DNA of 64,000 nucleotides from Camelus dromedarius (taxonomy: Eukaryota): assembly GCF_036321535.1 (NCBI RefSeq), contig NC_087447.1:34722001-34786000 (forward strand), given 5' to 3'. Positions 26,601 through 40,779 of this stretch are shown here, piece after piece. The notes under the pieces are model-generated. The model was given only the letters and a program-made list of their open reading frames with translations. It was not told the DNA's origin and ran no database searches. Position 1 is the first letter of the stretch; each line of letters begins with the position of its first letter. The translations under genes and the position numbers were made by a program.

Positions 26601-29600
26601 TGCTCTGGAAGCAACAACGGCTGGCTCTCTGTTCACCCTCTGAAAATGAGGGCAAGGTCCTGCCCACTCTGTGGCTGCAATGATTTGTCCAATGGGGCAT
26701 CATTTGACCTATAAGATCACCAGACTCTCAGGAGGGAAGGATGCCAACGAAATGAAGTCTTGACTTACGCAGAGTTGAAAATATTTTCAAACCCCTTATT
26801 CTGTTCTGGAATGAAATTAGAGGTTTGATTCCCATTATAACCAGTTTACCAAGTAAAATAAGTGAAATTTGGTTTGTCAGGGCAGGTGGGGCACAGAGAC
26901 AACTTTAAATCAGTTCAAATTCCAACAGATGGCAGATACGTGGGTTAAGTTGAGGGTCCAAGCAGGAGGATTGCTTGCCTTCATTTGGGTTTTGAGTCGG
27001 TTACATGTGGGATTCCCTGGCCTTTGGTAACGGGGTTTGGCTGGGCAAGTGACTTTCGTCATACTGTGCTTTTCCAGTACGTTTGCAAGTCAGTATCCAT
27101 TTGATAGGTGACATTCAAACTTGGCTCTAACTACTAAGAGAATAAACAGCAGAATCACTTACCCAGACACACAGAGGGAGCACCCCTCACCTCAACCGCT
27201 TCCTTCACTCACCCATTCATTTATTCATTCACAAACTTGTATTCAACTCCTACTGTGCCAGCATTCTCCCTAATGCTGGGAAAATGAAAATAAATCTGAT
27301 CTCAAGAAGTCAGGTGAGAAACCAGCCTGTAGAGAAATATATCACAACATAGCAAGTCAAGAGCTACGGCCAAGGCCTATGCACGGAGCAGGACAAAGAC
27401 AAAGCATCAAAGTGGCAGTGCAGTCCAGGAAGTCTTCATGGAGGAGGTGGCTCCTAGTCTGCACCTTGAAAGATAAGTAGAGGTTCACCAGCTAAATGAC
27501 ACTTAACTGCATTTTGATTCTTAGTCATTTACAGTGGAAGTGTTTATTTCCAAGCAACCACATGTGTGCCCATGTGCATAAACACACACACCACTAGAAC
27601 ATCCATAGTGTGAGGTAGGACTCGGTCTTGTTCAATTCTACCTCTCCAGAACCTAGAACAATGAATGGCATGCATTTGTTAAATGAGTAATAGGAAGGAC
27701 ATATTCCAGTCGGAGAGCACAGCATGTTCAAACTGCTCTTTAAAAGGGACAAAGAAGACAGTCTCCATTGATGGTGGCAGAGAAATCTGCGGGCTGGTTC
27801 AGGAACCAGCAGCTACTCAAATGCTCCACCAGCGGGCAAGCGGTCTGCAAAGGAGGCAGTGACCTGACAAGGAAAAGGGGGAATGTGTTGCCATATACTT
27901 GATTTTTGCACTAAATCTGCCTAGAACTTGGCAGGCAGAGAAGGCTGGCACCAGCTATAGGGCAAGAGTATTAACCAGTGAGAAAAACAGAGCAAAAAAG
28001 GACTATTGATACTGCACATAATCCTTCCTCCCTTGACAAGCCAAGGCCCGGGGATGGGCTCAGGTGACAGCTACAGAGCTGAGAAGGCCACTCTCACAGT
28101 GCTGCCACTTAGAAGGTGGCAGCAGGAGCAAATAATGTTCATTTCAGATTCTAGGGGCTTAGGATCAGGAGTCTTGAGATAACCCAACACCCAGAACTTG
28201 TGGGGAAAGCAAGAAATCTACATGCTGATAGCACGTTTATCACTTATTCCCAAATCAGAAAGGTAGTCAGGGCATTTGCTCTGCAAGCATCAAACAACCA
28301 AGTAATGTCTGACCTTGCCAAAGGGTAGGAATTACATCATGCGAATGTTAGGCACAGTGAGCTTGGTTTGCACAGGATCAAAGTGGGAATGAAGGAGGGA
28401 ACTTAATTCTCCAAGGGGACAGAGGCCAGTGCAGGCAGCACGCTCAGCAGTCGGTTACTCAGGTGGCAGCAAATAAAAAGATGAGACTTGCCTAAGTGTT
28501 CAAAGTGCAGAACAACTCCCGAGGAAGATGCGCTGACCGCAGCTGCAGGAAAGACACCAGAGAGAGGAGCAAACAGGAGGGAGAGGGAAGGACACCCTGA
28601 TTCTGCTCACAGAGGCAGGCAGAAGAGCCTCCAGCCAGAAAACAAGCCAGTGCTGAAAGGTACTTACTTGGTGGAAACTAAGAGGGAGGTGACATTCAAA
28701 AGACGTAAAGCATCAGGTGAGTCTGAAGATTTAACAGATCACAGATGCGTCTATTGGGGAAATCAGGTCCCGTAGCCCACATCTTTTCCTCTTAAACGGT
28801 CTAAATATATTGCCCATATTTTTAACAGGTGAGGGCACTGAGGTTCCGAGAGGTGAAGTGATTTAAGCTCAAGAAATCAGCAAAAGAAAAGCAGAAAGGG
28901 AAATCCCAGCTCCTCACTAGTGGCTATCTCCCAAACTATGCCCACCAACGTGCAAAAAGCTTGGATTCTTTCCTGCGTGCACGTCTGTCTCCTCAGCACA
29001 TCTCTCTGGGACAAGACGATGTTCTCGCCACAGTTCTTGGTATTTAATAACAACGCCACGTGTGGAGCCGCTACAGGGGCTGGGCTTTGTTCTAAGTGAC
29101 TTTCCTGCAGGAACTCATTTATCCACACGTGAAATCCATGAGGTAAAACATTATTACATCATCTCCATTGTTACAGAGAGGCAGCTGAGACCCAGGTTAA
29201 GGAACCAGCCCGAGACCACCTGAGCCAGCAGATTGGCAATATTTCTTTACCAAGGCTTCTGCCTGGAAAGCTCTGTTCTAGCCACACGATCAGAAGCACT
29301 GGTGTCACACAGAGCTGGCCGTGCTACCCCAGGGACGCCTGGCACAGGGCTTCTACACGCCAGGGACACAATCAGTTGTGGTGTCCCTTGACTTGAAGAA
29401 AATCCTGTGATAGAAAAATTCACCACCTGCAGCCCTGGTCTGGCTTCCTGCTCTTGGGATGACCTGGGAGCACGTCCATCCTTCCTCTCACAAAGGACTC
29501 CAGGAAATGTGTCCTAAAATGTGAAGGACAGTCACAAAGGGACATTAACAAACTAAGAGAACCTTCACCCTCCATGGGAGTCAAAAATGCAAATTAGGAT

Positions 29601-29750
29601 TAAAAGTCTTTTCACCTGTCAAATTAGAAAAGATTTTTTTAAATGATAATATCTAATGGAGGCAGATGTGGGGTACAACAGGCATTCTTACATCCTGCCC
29701 AAAACAGTGCACACTGATTGCACTTCCCTGGAAAACAGCTTGGCCATATA

Positions 29751-30393
29751 CAGGCGATTCTTGCCATTTCTAGTAGCTACGTTTTATAAAGTCACCACAA
29801 ACCATGAATTAAAGTGACACTGAACCAGAGCTCCTAGGGGAAATACAGGGCTAGGTTACCATGAGCCTCTGGTCACAATATTTTTGTCAACCAATCAGTA
29901 CATGCCTTGTTTTACTTGTGTCTCTGTTTACACCTCATTCAATACACTGTATATTGTTGATTTTTTAGCATTGAACTCACAGCCAACAGCACTGTAAGCC
30001 AGGATCAGGCGAATGAAGCTCACCTGAAGCTCACCAAACACACAAATTCTCTATGTAAGGCACATCACAGCCTTCCTGTGCTTAGCAACACTAGACAGCA
30101 CTCCAACACAATGCATGGGAGACATTTTAAACAGCAAAATCACCAACAAAAAGCACCAAAATGCAAAAAGCATGGCCCTAAGTAGACTGCACAAAGGACA
30201 CTTATCTACATTGTAAGTGAAATAAGAAGTCAGAACATCTCATCTGGGAACATGCATGATGGGAGACTCAAATTTTTCCACTCTGTACACATCCACAAAT
30301 GACCACAGAAGCCCACCAAGAAGTGATTCGGAGATCACAAACAAATCTAAGCAAGTAGATGAATTTGCAAATCTGAGAAAAATGAGAATCAGT
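29751..30393 (+). mobile_element. MER82-like Tigger (TcMar) DNA transposon, near full length
   Basis: TA|caggcgattct...gctcctaggggaaatacaggg...aatcaccaacaaaaagcac...aatgagaatcagtta; degenerate TIRs. Confidence 0.85.
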
Positions 30394-30629
30394 TAAGAAC
30401 CTGAAAAGCTCAGGCACCTAGAAAAGGACAGGTGACACAAATCTAGACTTGATTTCACAAGCACCTTTTGAACTGATCCTAACTTAGCTGAAAAAGATCC
30501 ATTTGAGTCTGAGTCGGGGCCTGACTAGTAAAAACCTCTGTGGGTTTCAGGCTGAGAAGTGCAGTAAAGAAGGTTAAAGGTCCCCGACTTGGATTTGGGG
30601 ATGGGGAGCATCACAAAGCCAGATACAGC

Positions 30630-31032
30630 CTCTTCTCCCCCCATGACTTGTTTCTGTCACACTGGCCTCCTTGTTGTTCCCTTGACCACACCAGGCAGGG
30701 TATGAACCCACCTCAGGGGCTTCGCACTTGTTGCCTGCCCTGCCTAAAACTCCTCTTTCTCCAGGTAGTCAACTGGCTCGCTCTCCCTCACCTCTTTTCT
30801 CTCTGCTCAGTGAAGCTTTCTCTGCCTGCCCCCACCCAACTCTCCACTCCCTCTCCAGTTTTGTCAGTGGTTACCACCATATGACTTACTCGTTTTCCTT
30901 GTTCATTTATTGTCATCTCTCCCCACAAAAGCTAAGAGGGGATTTTTCTTTTTTTTAACCACCCCCATTTCTAAAAGAAGGCCTAGCACATACTAGGCAC
31001 TCAATAAATATTTGTTGACCGAATGAATGAAT
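30630..31032 (+). mobile_element. L2 LINE 3' end
   Basis: cctcagggc...; taggcactcaataaatatttgttg...gaatgaatgaatg tail. Confidence 0.8.
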
Positions 31033-32390
31033 GTTAGGTACTAGTAGCAATGGAAATTAACATTTTGTACCACTCATTGCACTGGGTGCTTTATACACAT
31101 TTCTTCATTGACATCTCAAAGATTTAATGTTCGGCCCACTTTATAGGTGAAGGCACCAAGGCACAGGGAGATAAAATAATTTAATTAAGATCAACCAGCT
31201 AGTGAGAGATTGAGCTGCAATAAAGCCCAGATTTTTCTCATTCTATAGCTTCTACATCAACGCTTTTCAAGATACCTGTGGTGAAGGACCACTTGGGGGC
31301 TTGGTGTTTTTTTTCCTCAGTCCATCCCAGACTAACAGAAAAATAAAATGGAAAAAATTTAAAAACACCACATATGCTTGGATGTCACAGCAATATCAAA
31401 GTTTTTAAACACTTTCAGCATTTGTACTTATCTCGCCAGACTGGCAGAAACAGTTCCACCCACACTGCACTAAACAGCCCTGCTACGTCTAACACATCAA
31501 GCAAGTAGTCCTAAGCTTCCAGGTGGTCTCAGAACTGAGGCTAAGTCTCAATGAGAAAAGTTCATAATCCCTTTCACCTGTGGGGAACTTGAAAACTTCA
31601 TAAATCAACCACCCTTCATTTGAACCCTTACAGGCCTGTGGGGTGGAAGGTAGTTTTCTCATCCCCAATTTTCAGGTAAGAAAAGCTGCTTTTCCCTCTG
31701 CCCGGGAGGCGCCTTCCCTCGGCTCCTCCCCAGGTTGACTCTTTGTCATCAGCGGGGTCTCTGCTCAACATCACTTCTGAGAGTGGCCCTCCCTCTCACC
31801 CATCCAAATAGCACCTCTGGCCCCCTCTGTTAACACCCCCACCTAGGCCCAGCACAGCACGCATCACTGTCAGAAACTCGTCTTTTTCTCTTTGTGTTTA
31901 CTTTCCCTCTTCCCTCCTTACAATATAAAACTCCAGAAGGGCAGAAACCTCCTTGGCTCATCGGTCTCTCCCTAGTACTTGGCACAGAGTTAGGCTGCCT
32001 GAAAGATGTGCTGAAGGAATGCCGTAAGAAGACAGAAACAACAACAACAAAAAAGAAGATAGAAACACAAGGTGGTTAACTAGCTTACCTAATGGCAAAA
32101 TCAAGCAAGTGTAGGAGCTGGAAATCAAATCCCACTAGTCGTTCTACAGAAAACGTGTACCCATCTCCTCAGTCAGCCATGGGGCTGCGCACTGGGGTGG
32201 GGGTGGGGGGCTGAGGGGCAAGATCCCTGTCCTACGGAGGCTCACGGGGCTCAATTCCAAACCCCGTGGCCCTCCTCCCCGCCTTTGTGGCCCTCTAGTT
32301 TCGTTCACTTGTACATACTTTTCGGCACGGGAACACTTTCTCGCAAACAATTGTTATCACGTGAGCAGGGAGTATTGTTACACATGTTTT

Positions 32391-32575
32391 TAGGGTTGCC
32401 AGATACAATTACTTGTGAATTGCAAATAAACCGAGAGTAATTCTTCAGGATAGTATGTCCCATGCAATACGCAGGATATACTTATTCTAAGAAATTATTC
32501 ATTGCTTATCTGAAATTCAAATTCAGCTGGATGTTCTGGGTTTTCGCTTCTTTTCCTCTAAATCTGGTAATGTTA
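32391..32575. mobile_element. MER53 palindromic hAT MITE (inserted in a MIR)
   Basis: tagggttgccagat...agtatgtccca...gatatactta...aaatctggtaa inverted-repeat structure. Confidence 0.8.
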
Positions 32576-32879
32576 CACACTTTACAGATGAGGAAACTGA
32601 GTCTTGGTGAGAACAAGTGACTTAAGTGACTTGCCAGGAGTCAAGAGCCAGGACTAACCTTATCCGCTGTCTAACAGCTAAGTCGTCATTCTCTCTTAAA
32701 GCCCTTGTGCTTCTATGTTGAAACCAATTCCTGTATGTCTATCTAATTCCACGTACTCTGAAGATTTTCTTGCAATTAAAATGTCTTCTTTGCCTCCAAC
32801 AAGAAAGCAGTTTCCATGTCTATATGTAATCATTTTTAGTAAATCTTTTTCTGACTATAAAAATACAGACCTGCAATAT

Positions 32880-33270
32880 ATTCACGCAACAGAATACCCC
32901 ACACCAATGAAAAAGCAGATTTCTGCTACACAAAACAACAGAACAGATTGGTGAGTTTTTACGTATTTATACACATCAGCTTAAAAGAAATAATATTGAA
33001 CAAGAGTCCAGACACAAAAGAAGATACCCTATATGATTCCATATATATGAAGTGCAAAATTAGGCAAAACTAATCCAGTGATTCTTAATGGGGGAGGGGT
33101 TACTGAAAAGGGACCTAAGGGAAATTTGGGGGATATAGGTAATTTATCTCTTGATCTGGGTGGAGGTTAGTCATGTGTGTAAAGATATAAATCCAAGCTG
33201 TTTGCTTACAATTTACATACTTTACCATTTGTAGGTTATACTTCAATGGAAAACTGAAAACAAACAAAAT
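32880..33270 (+). mobile_element. Old L1 (L1ME-type) 3' end
   Basis: ccagacacaaaaga...atatgattccat...ggcaaaactaatc...tcttgatctgggtgg. Confidence 0.75.
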
Positions 33271-33728
33271 TAATACACACCCACTGTGAAAAATGAATAA
33301 AGGACAGACAAGTCTGAAAAAACAAAACAAAACGCTCTGTATTCCCACCACTGGGAAATATTACCACTAACATCTTAGAGTGTATCCTTCCAGATCTTTA
33401 CCCAATAGCATTAACTTTTCATTAGCATTTCCTAAGAAAGGAATTTGGGACCTAGTACCAATGACTGGAGATGCTAATTTATTTAGGAGTCTGAATTTCC
33501 TGGACATGTCTGTCACTTACCCAGAAAGCCCTGACACAACTAGATTTAATTTAACCATTTTCAAGGAGCATGGAACAATTAACCGCAAATAAATGGAATT
33601 AAAATCAAATTGAATACAGCCTTTCAATGATATGACTTAGAATTTGATTTTAAGTACAGTAATGAATATAAAATGAAAGCTTTAGCGTGGAAGGCTAAAA
33701 GGGCTATTGAGCCTCCTGGGACCCGGAA

Positions 33729-33741
33729 CGCCACCTACTGG
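33729..33741 (-). promoter_or_regulatory. CTCF core motif CCAGTAGGTGGCG
   Basis: + strand CGCCACCTACTGG is a full match to CCASYAGRKGGCR, in unique sequence with retained CpGs. Confidence 0.65.
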
Positions 33742-34014
33742 TCATGATCTGCAATGACATCCCACCACCCCATTGCTTAAATGTGCGGCCTCCCTACTTA
33801 CAAGTCTCAAATATGATACCGCCTTTTCTTATATGAATTTGTGTATCTCTCCCAAGAGCTTCCCATACACTTGCTCCCCTAATGAATTGCACAGTTCCTA
33901 GAAAATAATAGTTTAACAAATAATTTGTTGAATGAATGAAAGGATGGATGGATGAACATTCTTGTGCATCGTTGTGAAATGAAGGGATAATCTCTGCCCT
34001 ACCTAGCTCACAAG

Positions 34015-34365
34015 ATTTTTTAATTTTTTTAATAAAAATGATTTGATACACGCAGTGAAATGATTACCATAGTCAGGCTAATTAACATATCATCTCCTCA
34101 GTTATCAGTTTGTGATAAAGAGCACCTGAATTCTGTTCTCTTAGCATATTTCCAATATTCAGCACAGTGCTGTTAGAATAGCCATCCTGCCAGACATTAG
34201 CTCTCTCGACTCATTCATCTCACATAACTACCACCTTGTATCCATTGACCAATGTCTCCTGATTTCCCCTACCTCCCCGCCCCTGGTATCTACCATTCTA
34301 CTCTCTGCTTCTGTATATTTGACTATCTTAGAGCCCACATATGAGTAAGAGCAAGCAGTTTTTTC
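34015..34365 (-). mobile_element. L1MA9-like 3' end, antisense
   Basis: gtgaaatgattaccatagtcaggctaattaacatatc...accattctactctctgcttct. Confidence 0.8.
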
Positions 34366-36859
34366 CTCTCCTCACAGGTTTTTTTGGAAGAGAGAATAAG
34401 ACAACCACTGGGGGAGGCCAGATGAATGTGAGAGATTATTATGACAACCCAGCACCACAGGGTGGAGGAGTCCAGTGTGCCATGAGGCTGCAGAGACAAG
34501 TACTGCATTAAAAACAGAAAACTCAAATAAATGTGCAATGTCTTGGACCAGGCCCTTAACAGGTACCTGAAAGATGTTAGCACTTTCCCCTTTCCTCTTC
34601 CTCCTCACAGCCCAGCTCATGAATCCTTGCCATAGGACCTGAAGATCTAAGAATGGAGGTTTGTTCTTTCCTGGGCTTACTCAGAGGGGAAGTGATGTTC
34701 AATGTTTGTCTGCTGTTGGTTTTTGAAACAGGCCAGGGTCACTGTGCTTGCGGGTGTGAGCTGGCCCATCCAATCCCTCTCTGAGTTGGGAAAAGTGGTT
34801 TCTGAGACATCACTGTCAGGCTGCCTGATGGCGAGGTGCCCATCTGAGCGTGTCCAACATTGACAGAACTTGACAAGCATCAAGCCGACCTTGCTTTCAG
34901 ATGTCTCACGGCAGGGGCTCTGGTCTGCAGAAAGGCAGCCTGATGCTGTTGAAAGGGTATGAACAAGGGGTCGGGAGGCTGGGCTCAGCCATTTACTAGC
35001 TAGGTGAACTGAAGCAAGTCGGCCTGCCCTTGCTGGTATAGAAGCCATCTCATTAGGATGGCAGAACAAGATTATGCTGGGAAAACATGGTAAACTAAAG
35101 CCCTGGACCCACGTTAATGGGTGGTTATTAATAAAACCCCAAATGAGCATCATGCCTGAGTGACCTGCATGAGCTCAATCTATAGGGAGTGTTACCTGCA
35201 TTGACCTGGATGTGGCTTCTTCTTTCAGAATCCAGTCCTGTTTCAGCAGCTACACCACCATCTATGGCCCACTCACACCCACACCCATTGGCTTTTTTAA
35301 TATGAACTGTGCCCCTTCAAGATCATCCACTCCTTACTTGGGCAATTGATTTTTTGAAACTAATCTTTTGTGTCACACTTACACCAGGTAAATTTCATCA
35401 TATTGCTCTGGTCCATCTATATAGACTAGTAAAATATTTTTAATAGTCCTTTGACCATCTCTGTACAATCCCTGCATTTGTTCACTCGATATACAGTTAC
35501 TGAGTTCCTGCTATTCCTCAGACACTGCACTAGGAACCAGGAGATTCAGAGGGCATATCTGACAGAGGGTGGCAAGCATCAGAGTAGAGGCTCAGAGAGC
35601 AAGGCATCCCTATGGCTGTCAGCGGCAGCAGGAAGGTTTCCCACTTCAGGAGATGTGGCAGAGGCCATGAGCCACGAGCCACTCACCTCTTCTTACTGAG
35701 CAAAACTATGGACTGTATTTTCCAGCCCCAACAATTTGTGTTGCGTCTACATGAATAACCTTATCTTTCCTCCTGGGCAGATAAAGAGATGAAGTCCACT
35801 GTGACAGGTTTCTCATGGTTTCTTCTGCTTTCTAGGCAAAGAAACCGCAGGTGGCAATAACTAGCTTGCTTTTATCTGTCTAACCTCATCGCCCCATCCT
35901 CATCCCCTGGCCAGCATGCACATTTATTCCACAAATACCGGTAGAGTTCCTACAATGGGCTCGTACTGTGTTGGGTACCATTGCATTCTCTTCAATCTTA
36001 TGAGTTCAAAGTCTCCACACTGGGGGGCAGGTGCCGTCTCCAGGTGGGCAGAGCCCCTTCCCTGGCTCTTTCATCCCAGCCAATATCAAGGTCTGAGCTT
36101 CTGCATCCTCACACCTCTGGCTGGGTACTGCCAGGCACAATGGAAAGGTACCAAGGGAAGGAGGGAGGGGAGTCAAGCCACATCTTGTCTTCTGGGTCTC
36201 TTCACTAGCGGAGCGCTGGAGTGTGAAAACCTTGGAGTACGGATGGGGATACAGACTTGAGTCCCAGCTCTGCTACCAACTTTGTGACTTTAGATACGTC
36301 CTGTAAAACAAGCTGAGTAGCCCAGAAGGTCTTTGAGTTCCCCTTCAACTCTAATCTTCTGATCCTTTCTATGCTAATCTCTAATTCCTGGGTGAGCCCT
36401 CCACTCTCTCCTAACCTAGCTTTATTGAGGAATTTAAAAATTTCCAGAGAGGCAGAAGGAAGGGAAGTTCACCAGCCTTCCTTTTAACGAAACATCTGCT
36501 GGCAATAAGCAGCCCGAAGCTAAGCAACCACTGCTAAGGGTTATAACTTCAGAACACCCTAATATTCTTCCTTGCCCGGGACCTGATTTCTTTTAGGCTC
36601 AGCCTAATCATGTCCAGACTCAGGCTCCATGCTAATTGTCAAGACCGGCTTGAATTATTCATGGAATGTCTATGCTGGAATGGTTTGGGAGACGTTCTTT
36701 GCAGATGGACTCATCCTTTCCCATCTTTAGGAACTCTTAATAATGAGTAGTTTGGATAGGCGAGTTCCTTCAGTTTCTTGGGCTTCCATTTCTTCACCTG
36801 TAAACAAGGCAGGCAGCTCTAGAATGGCTTTGGTTCTATGATTGCGGGTGCCACAGCCT

Positions 36860-37200
36860 GAGATTCCATATGCAGTTCACAACCAGCAGCAAACCACGTA
36901 GACCAAAAAAAAAAAAAAAAAAAAAGACGCCATCTGACGATTAAATGCAAAAGGAATTATGCAATTAGCAAAGGACGTTGATCACACAACATGTGAGTCT
37001 AATTGCAGCACATGCACATGTTTGCTAAATTAAATAAATATGGGTTTGCAGTTGCTCTGGTGCACAGATTGAGTTGTAAAGTCAAGGAAAATATGAAAGT
37101 TAATTATGAGATAGGAGTGATAAACAGAGGGTCTGCGCGCTAGGCCGATTAGGATTATTAAGCGAGTCATCGTCTCTCACCAAAAATGAAGGGTTAGAGG
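36860..37200. repeat. Palindromic ancient element, MER121-like
   Basis: Nested inverted repeats; aattagcaaa...ttgatcacacaac...ctaattgcagcacatg..catgtttgctaaatt resembles my recollection of MER121 (not verified by search). Confidence 0.5.
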
Positions 37201-39521
37201 AGGCCCAGGCCCATCGTCTGCCTAGTGTGTCCTGAGGTTACCACGCTTCACAGGACATGGAAAACCTGCTTTATTTTTACATAGCCCCTATCACCTGTGG
37301 AACGCCAGCACTGGGGACTGGTTCCATTGGCTCATCAGCATGCCCAGTGCACACTGCTGAGGAGGCCAGGCTTCATGTACCGGCTCAGAGAAGAAGAGCT
37401 GGATCTTACTGGTTCTCAGACACTCCTGAGCCTGCCGCAGGTGATAACTCTAGAAGCCCATGAAGTACCTCTGCTAAGAATGCACCTATCAGCAGGCCGG
37501 GACCTCTCAGGGAGAGGTAGAGTCCTGGAGAGGCAGCCACAGTGAGAGCTGAGGTTTTGGAGACAGAATGCTAGGCTTTGAACCCTGGGTGCATCGCTGA
37601 TTCTTTGACAAGTTCGCTCAGCTCACTGTGCCCTGGTTTCCTGATCTCTGTCATGGGGAAAATAATACCACCTTCCTCTTGGGGTAGTTGCAAAGATTAG
37701 AGGAATCATTATCTATAAAAGCACTGGGAAGACTGCCTGGCTTTGTAAACACTCAGTAAGTGACTTGTTTCTTCCTAGCTTACTTTTTTTTGTTAAATAG
37801 CCTATCAAATATCTACTCCACGGACATTAGATATGAAAGCACTTGGCCAATTTATACACAGTGATTCCTGTACACGCCAAAAGGGTTTCAGCAAAAATGA
37901 CACTAGATACAATCAATACACTCAATAAGTGACTTATTTCCCCCATTCATTAGATCATTCACTCAACCAAGTAAGGCCCCTGTGGGCAAGGCGCTATGCC
38001 AATGACAATGAACACGGGGTGGGGGTGCATTGGGGGAGCATACACTTAGGAGTTCCACCCTTACATTGGGATTAGGGAGGAATTGTTGGCACCCAACTAA
38101 CTGCAGGGAGGCCACAGGTGAAGTGTACTGTTGAAGTGTTACTAAATGCTCAAGCGCCCTTGGTTCCTGCAAGACAACTGGAGGAAGTTTCATTCAAGAC
38201 AGACCACTTCAGGTAGGTCATGAGATTTTAACAGATGGGAGGCTAGGTGGAAAGATGTATAACATTCTAGGCAGAGAATATGTCATGGACAAAGGTGCCG
38301 AGGTCAGAAAACCTCAGTCAACATCAAGTCATTGCAAGAAGTGATGAGTAAGGCAGGAAAGGAGCTTTGAGGAAAGTCGTGGCTGGGTCAGGTGGGGAGA
38401 TCTTGATGCCAAAGCCCTGAGTATTGATTTTATCCTGTACACCACAAAGAGCCCTTGGGATGTTTTAAATGAAGCATTTTAGGAGAAAGCAGTGTCAAAG
38501 GAAGATGAATCTGGCAGGGTGAGCAGAAAGGATGGAAAAGGGAAAGACTGGTGACAATGGGAGCTGGGAGTCTACTGCAATAGTCCAAGTGTGCAGTCAT
38601 AAGGATGAGAATGAAAACAAATGCAAGGGATGTTGAGAAAGACAAACTGACAGGACTCAGTGACCAAGAGTATGTGCAGAGCATGGATAGAGAGGAGGAG
38701 ATAACTGTAAGGTTTTGAACTTGGGGAGCAAAGACAGAAAAGGAGGCTTGCTAGTCAAGCCAAGATTCTGATCCCCAGTTACCCAGCATATTATCCAAGC
38801 AAAGCTCTCCTGGTAGGAGGCAGTACAGAGTAGAAGTTCTGAACTCAGGATTGAGAATGACATCTAGAGGGTCCTTACTATGCTTCTTGCTAGTTGTGCT
38901 GCCCTCAGCCAGTGTGAACCTCCAGAGCTTTCCTCATTTGCAAAATACAGATTAAAAACCACCTACCTCTCAGGGGCACTGTGAAGATTGAAGGAAATAA
39001 TATGATGATATTATGATAATGTAAAGCACCTGCAAAGTACCTGCCCCCACTAGGGACCTCTCAGTAAATGCTAAAGAAAAGAAACCCAATGCTGCAGAGT
39101 AGAGAATACAAAAAAATAAATAAATTTAAAAACTAAGCAACTTTGCACTAAAATTCCCCTGAACATGGTTTATTCACATTTTGATGACAGAAGCTCCTCC
39201 CAGATCCTGCAGAAGCACCAGCATCCTTTCAGTATGCTAAAGCCCCACAGAAGCCCTGGTCAGCACACACTCAGGTCAGAATAAAGACAAACCAGCTCAC
39301 TGTATTGATTCTGACCCAGCAGGAGGGAGAGCAGTGAGCAACAATCCCGGATCCTGCTAATGGAATCAGACTATGAATTTGGGCAAATTTCTTCTCTGTT
39401 TTCAGCAAGGACCTCACCATTTCCTTCCCTCACTCACCTCTCAGGCAATGCCCGCTTTCATAGGCTTTTCCTGACTTCCTGTGGCAAAGGTTGTGGAGAT
39501 GATCCCAGGGGCTGCTGACCA

Positions 39522-39611
39522 GTTGGCTGGTGTGTGTGTGTGTGTGTGTGTACTTCAAAAGCCTGTTGGCTGGTGTGTGTGTGTGTTTGTGTGTGTGTAC
39601 TTCAAAAGCCT
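39522..39611. repeat. Two-copy tandem duplication of gttggctgg(tg)n tacttcaaaagcct (43 and 47 bp)
   Basis: Read directly. Confidence 0.93.
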
Positions 39612-40779
39612 GTGGACACAGGGGCTCAACCCCTGGACTAGGGGCTGGTGGGTGGGGGTAGGCCTGTCTGAAATGCTTGAGTCACACCTTGAGAGCAGCA
39701 GAACCAATGGCAAGAGGACAGATGAACCATCCCAGCTCTGGGAGCACTGTTATTTAGTCAACAAAAATTCAACATGCGAAAGCAAACTGGTTCTAGCAAG
39801 TGGGCCACTGGAGTTTGGAAATTCTAGATCTGAATCTTGGCCTGATCCGTTTTTCCATCACTGCGGAGCTCTGCTCACAGCTGACATCTCATTATAGGCA
39901 AAAATGCCCTTCAACCAAACCTCAGTTAGTTTTCAAAAATATCTAGGAACTCTCAGAGACAATATTTAAGGGTCCAGAAAGAAAAAAAGACAGTAATCTG
40001 TGAAGCGGCGGTTGAGCCCAATCTTCAAAGCCTGTGCTTCTTTCAATTTCCCAAGGAAGCTCAACATCAGCATAAAATTAAACACTGGGATATTTAAGTA
40101 ATTAAGTCTGCTCTCCCCTTATCAGAGGGGAGATAACTGCTGTTCAGAGGAGCTGGGTAACTTATTTAAGATCACACAGCACTTAGAAGCTCCTATTGTG
40201 GAAATCAATAAACTAGCAAGAGATTTCATTGTACTAATAAGACTATTTCTTTATAATCAAATAGCAATTGTTTTCAAACATCTTTTTTTACATACATTGC
40301 TTCTGTTGGTGCCATACAATCTATGAACTATTTATGTCACAAATATTACCAGCCCCTTTCACAGAGAAGGAAACTGAGGCTTAAAGAGGTAGGTGGTTTA
40401 CGCTAGGTCACAGACCTAAAGGTGCCACAACCAAGGCTAGAACTGGAGTCCTTCTATTCTAAGCCAGTTGGCAAATTCCATGCCCAGGCCTAGGATTAGA
40501 ATCAATAAGATGCATGCTGGGGGCAAAAAGACAGGAGAGCAAAGAGCAGGGCAGGCAATATGTACTAACAGAGCCAATAAACTAGATAGGAAACCTCAAA
40601 TTATGATGTTCTTACTAATTCTAATAAGAGGTAAGAGTATGTTTGAGTATTTTTCCTCTTCAGAGTAGCTTTCTCAAGCATTTCTAGAAATTAAGTCCTA
40701 AAAAAAGGCCTCGAGTTGTAAGGCTTCCATGGACACTGGACCTGTCCCCCAACAGCTGAGCACTGAGCCAGCTGCACCT

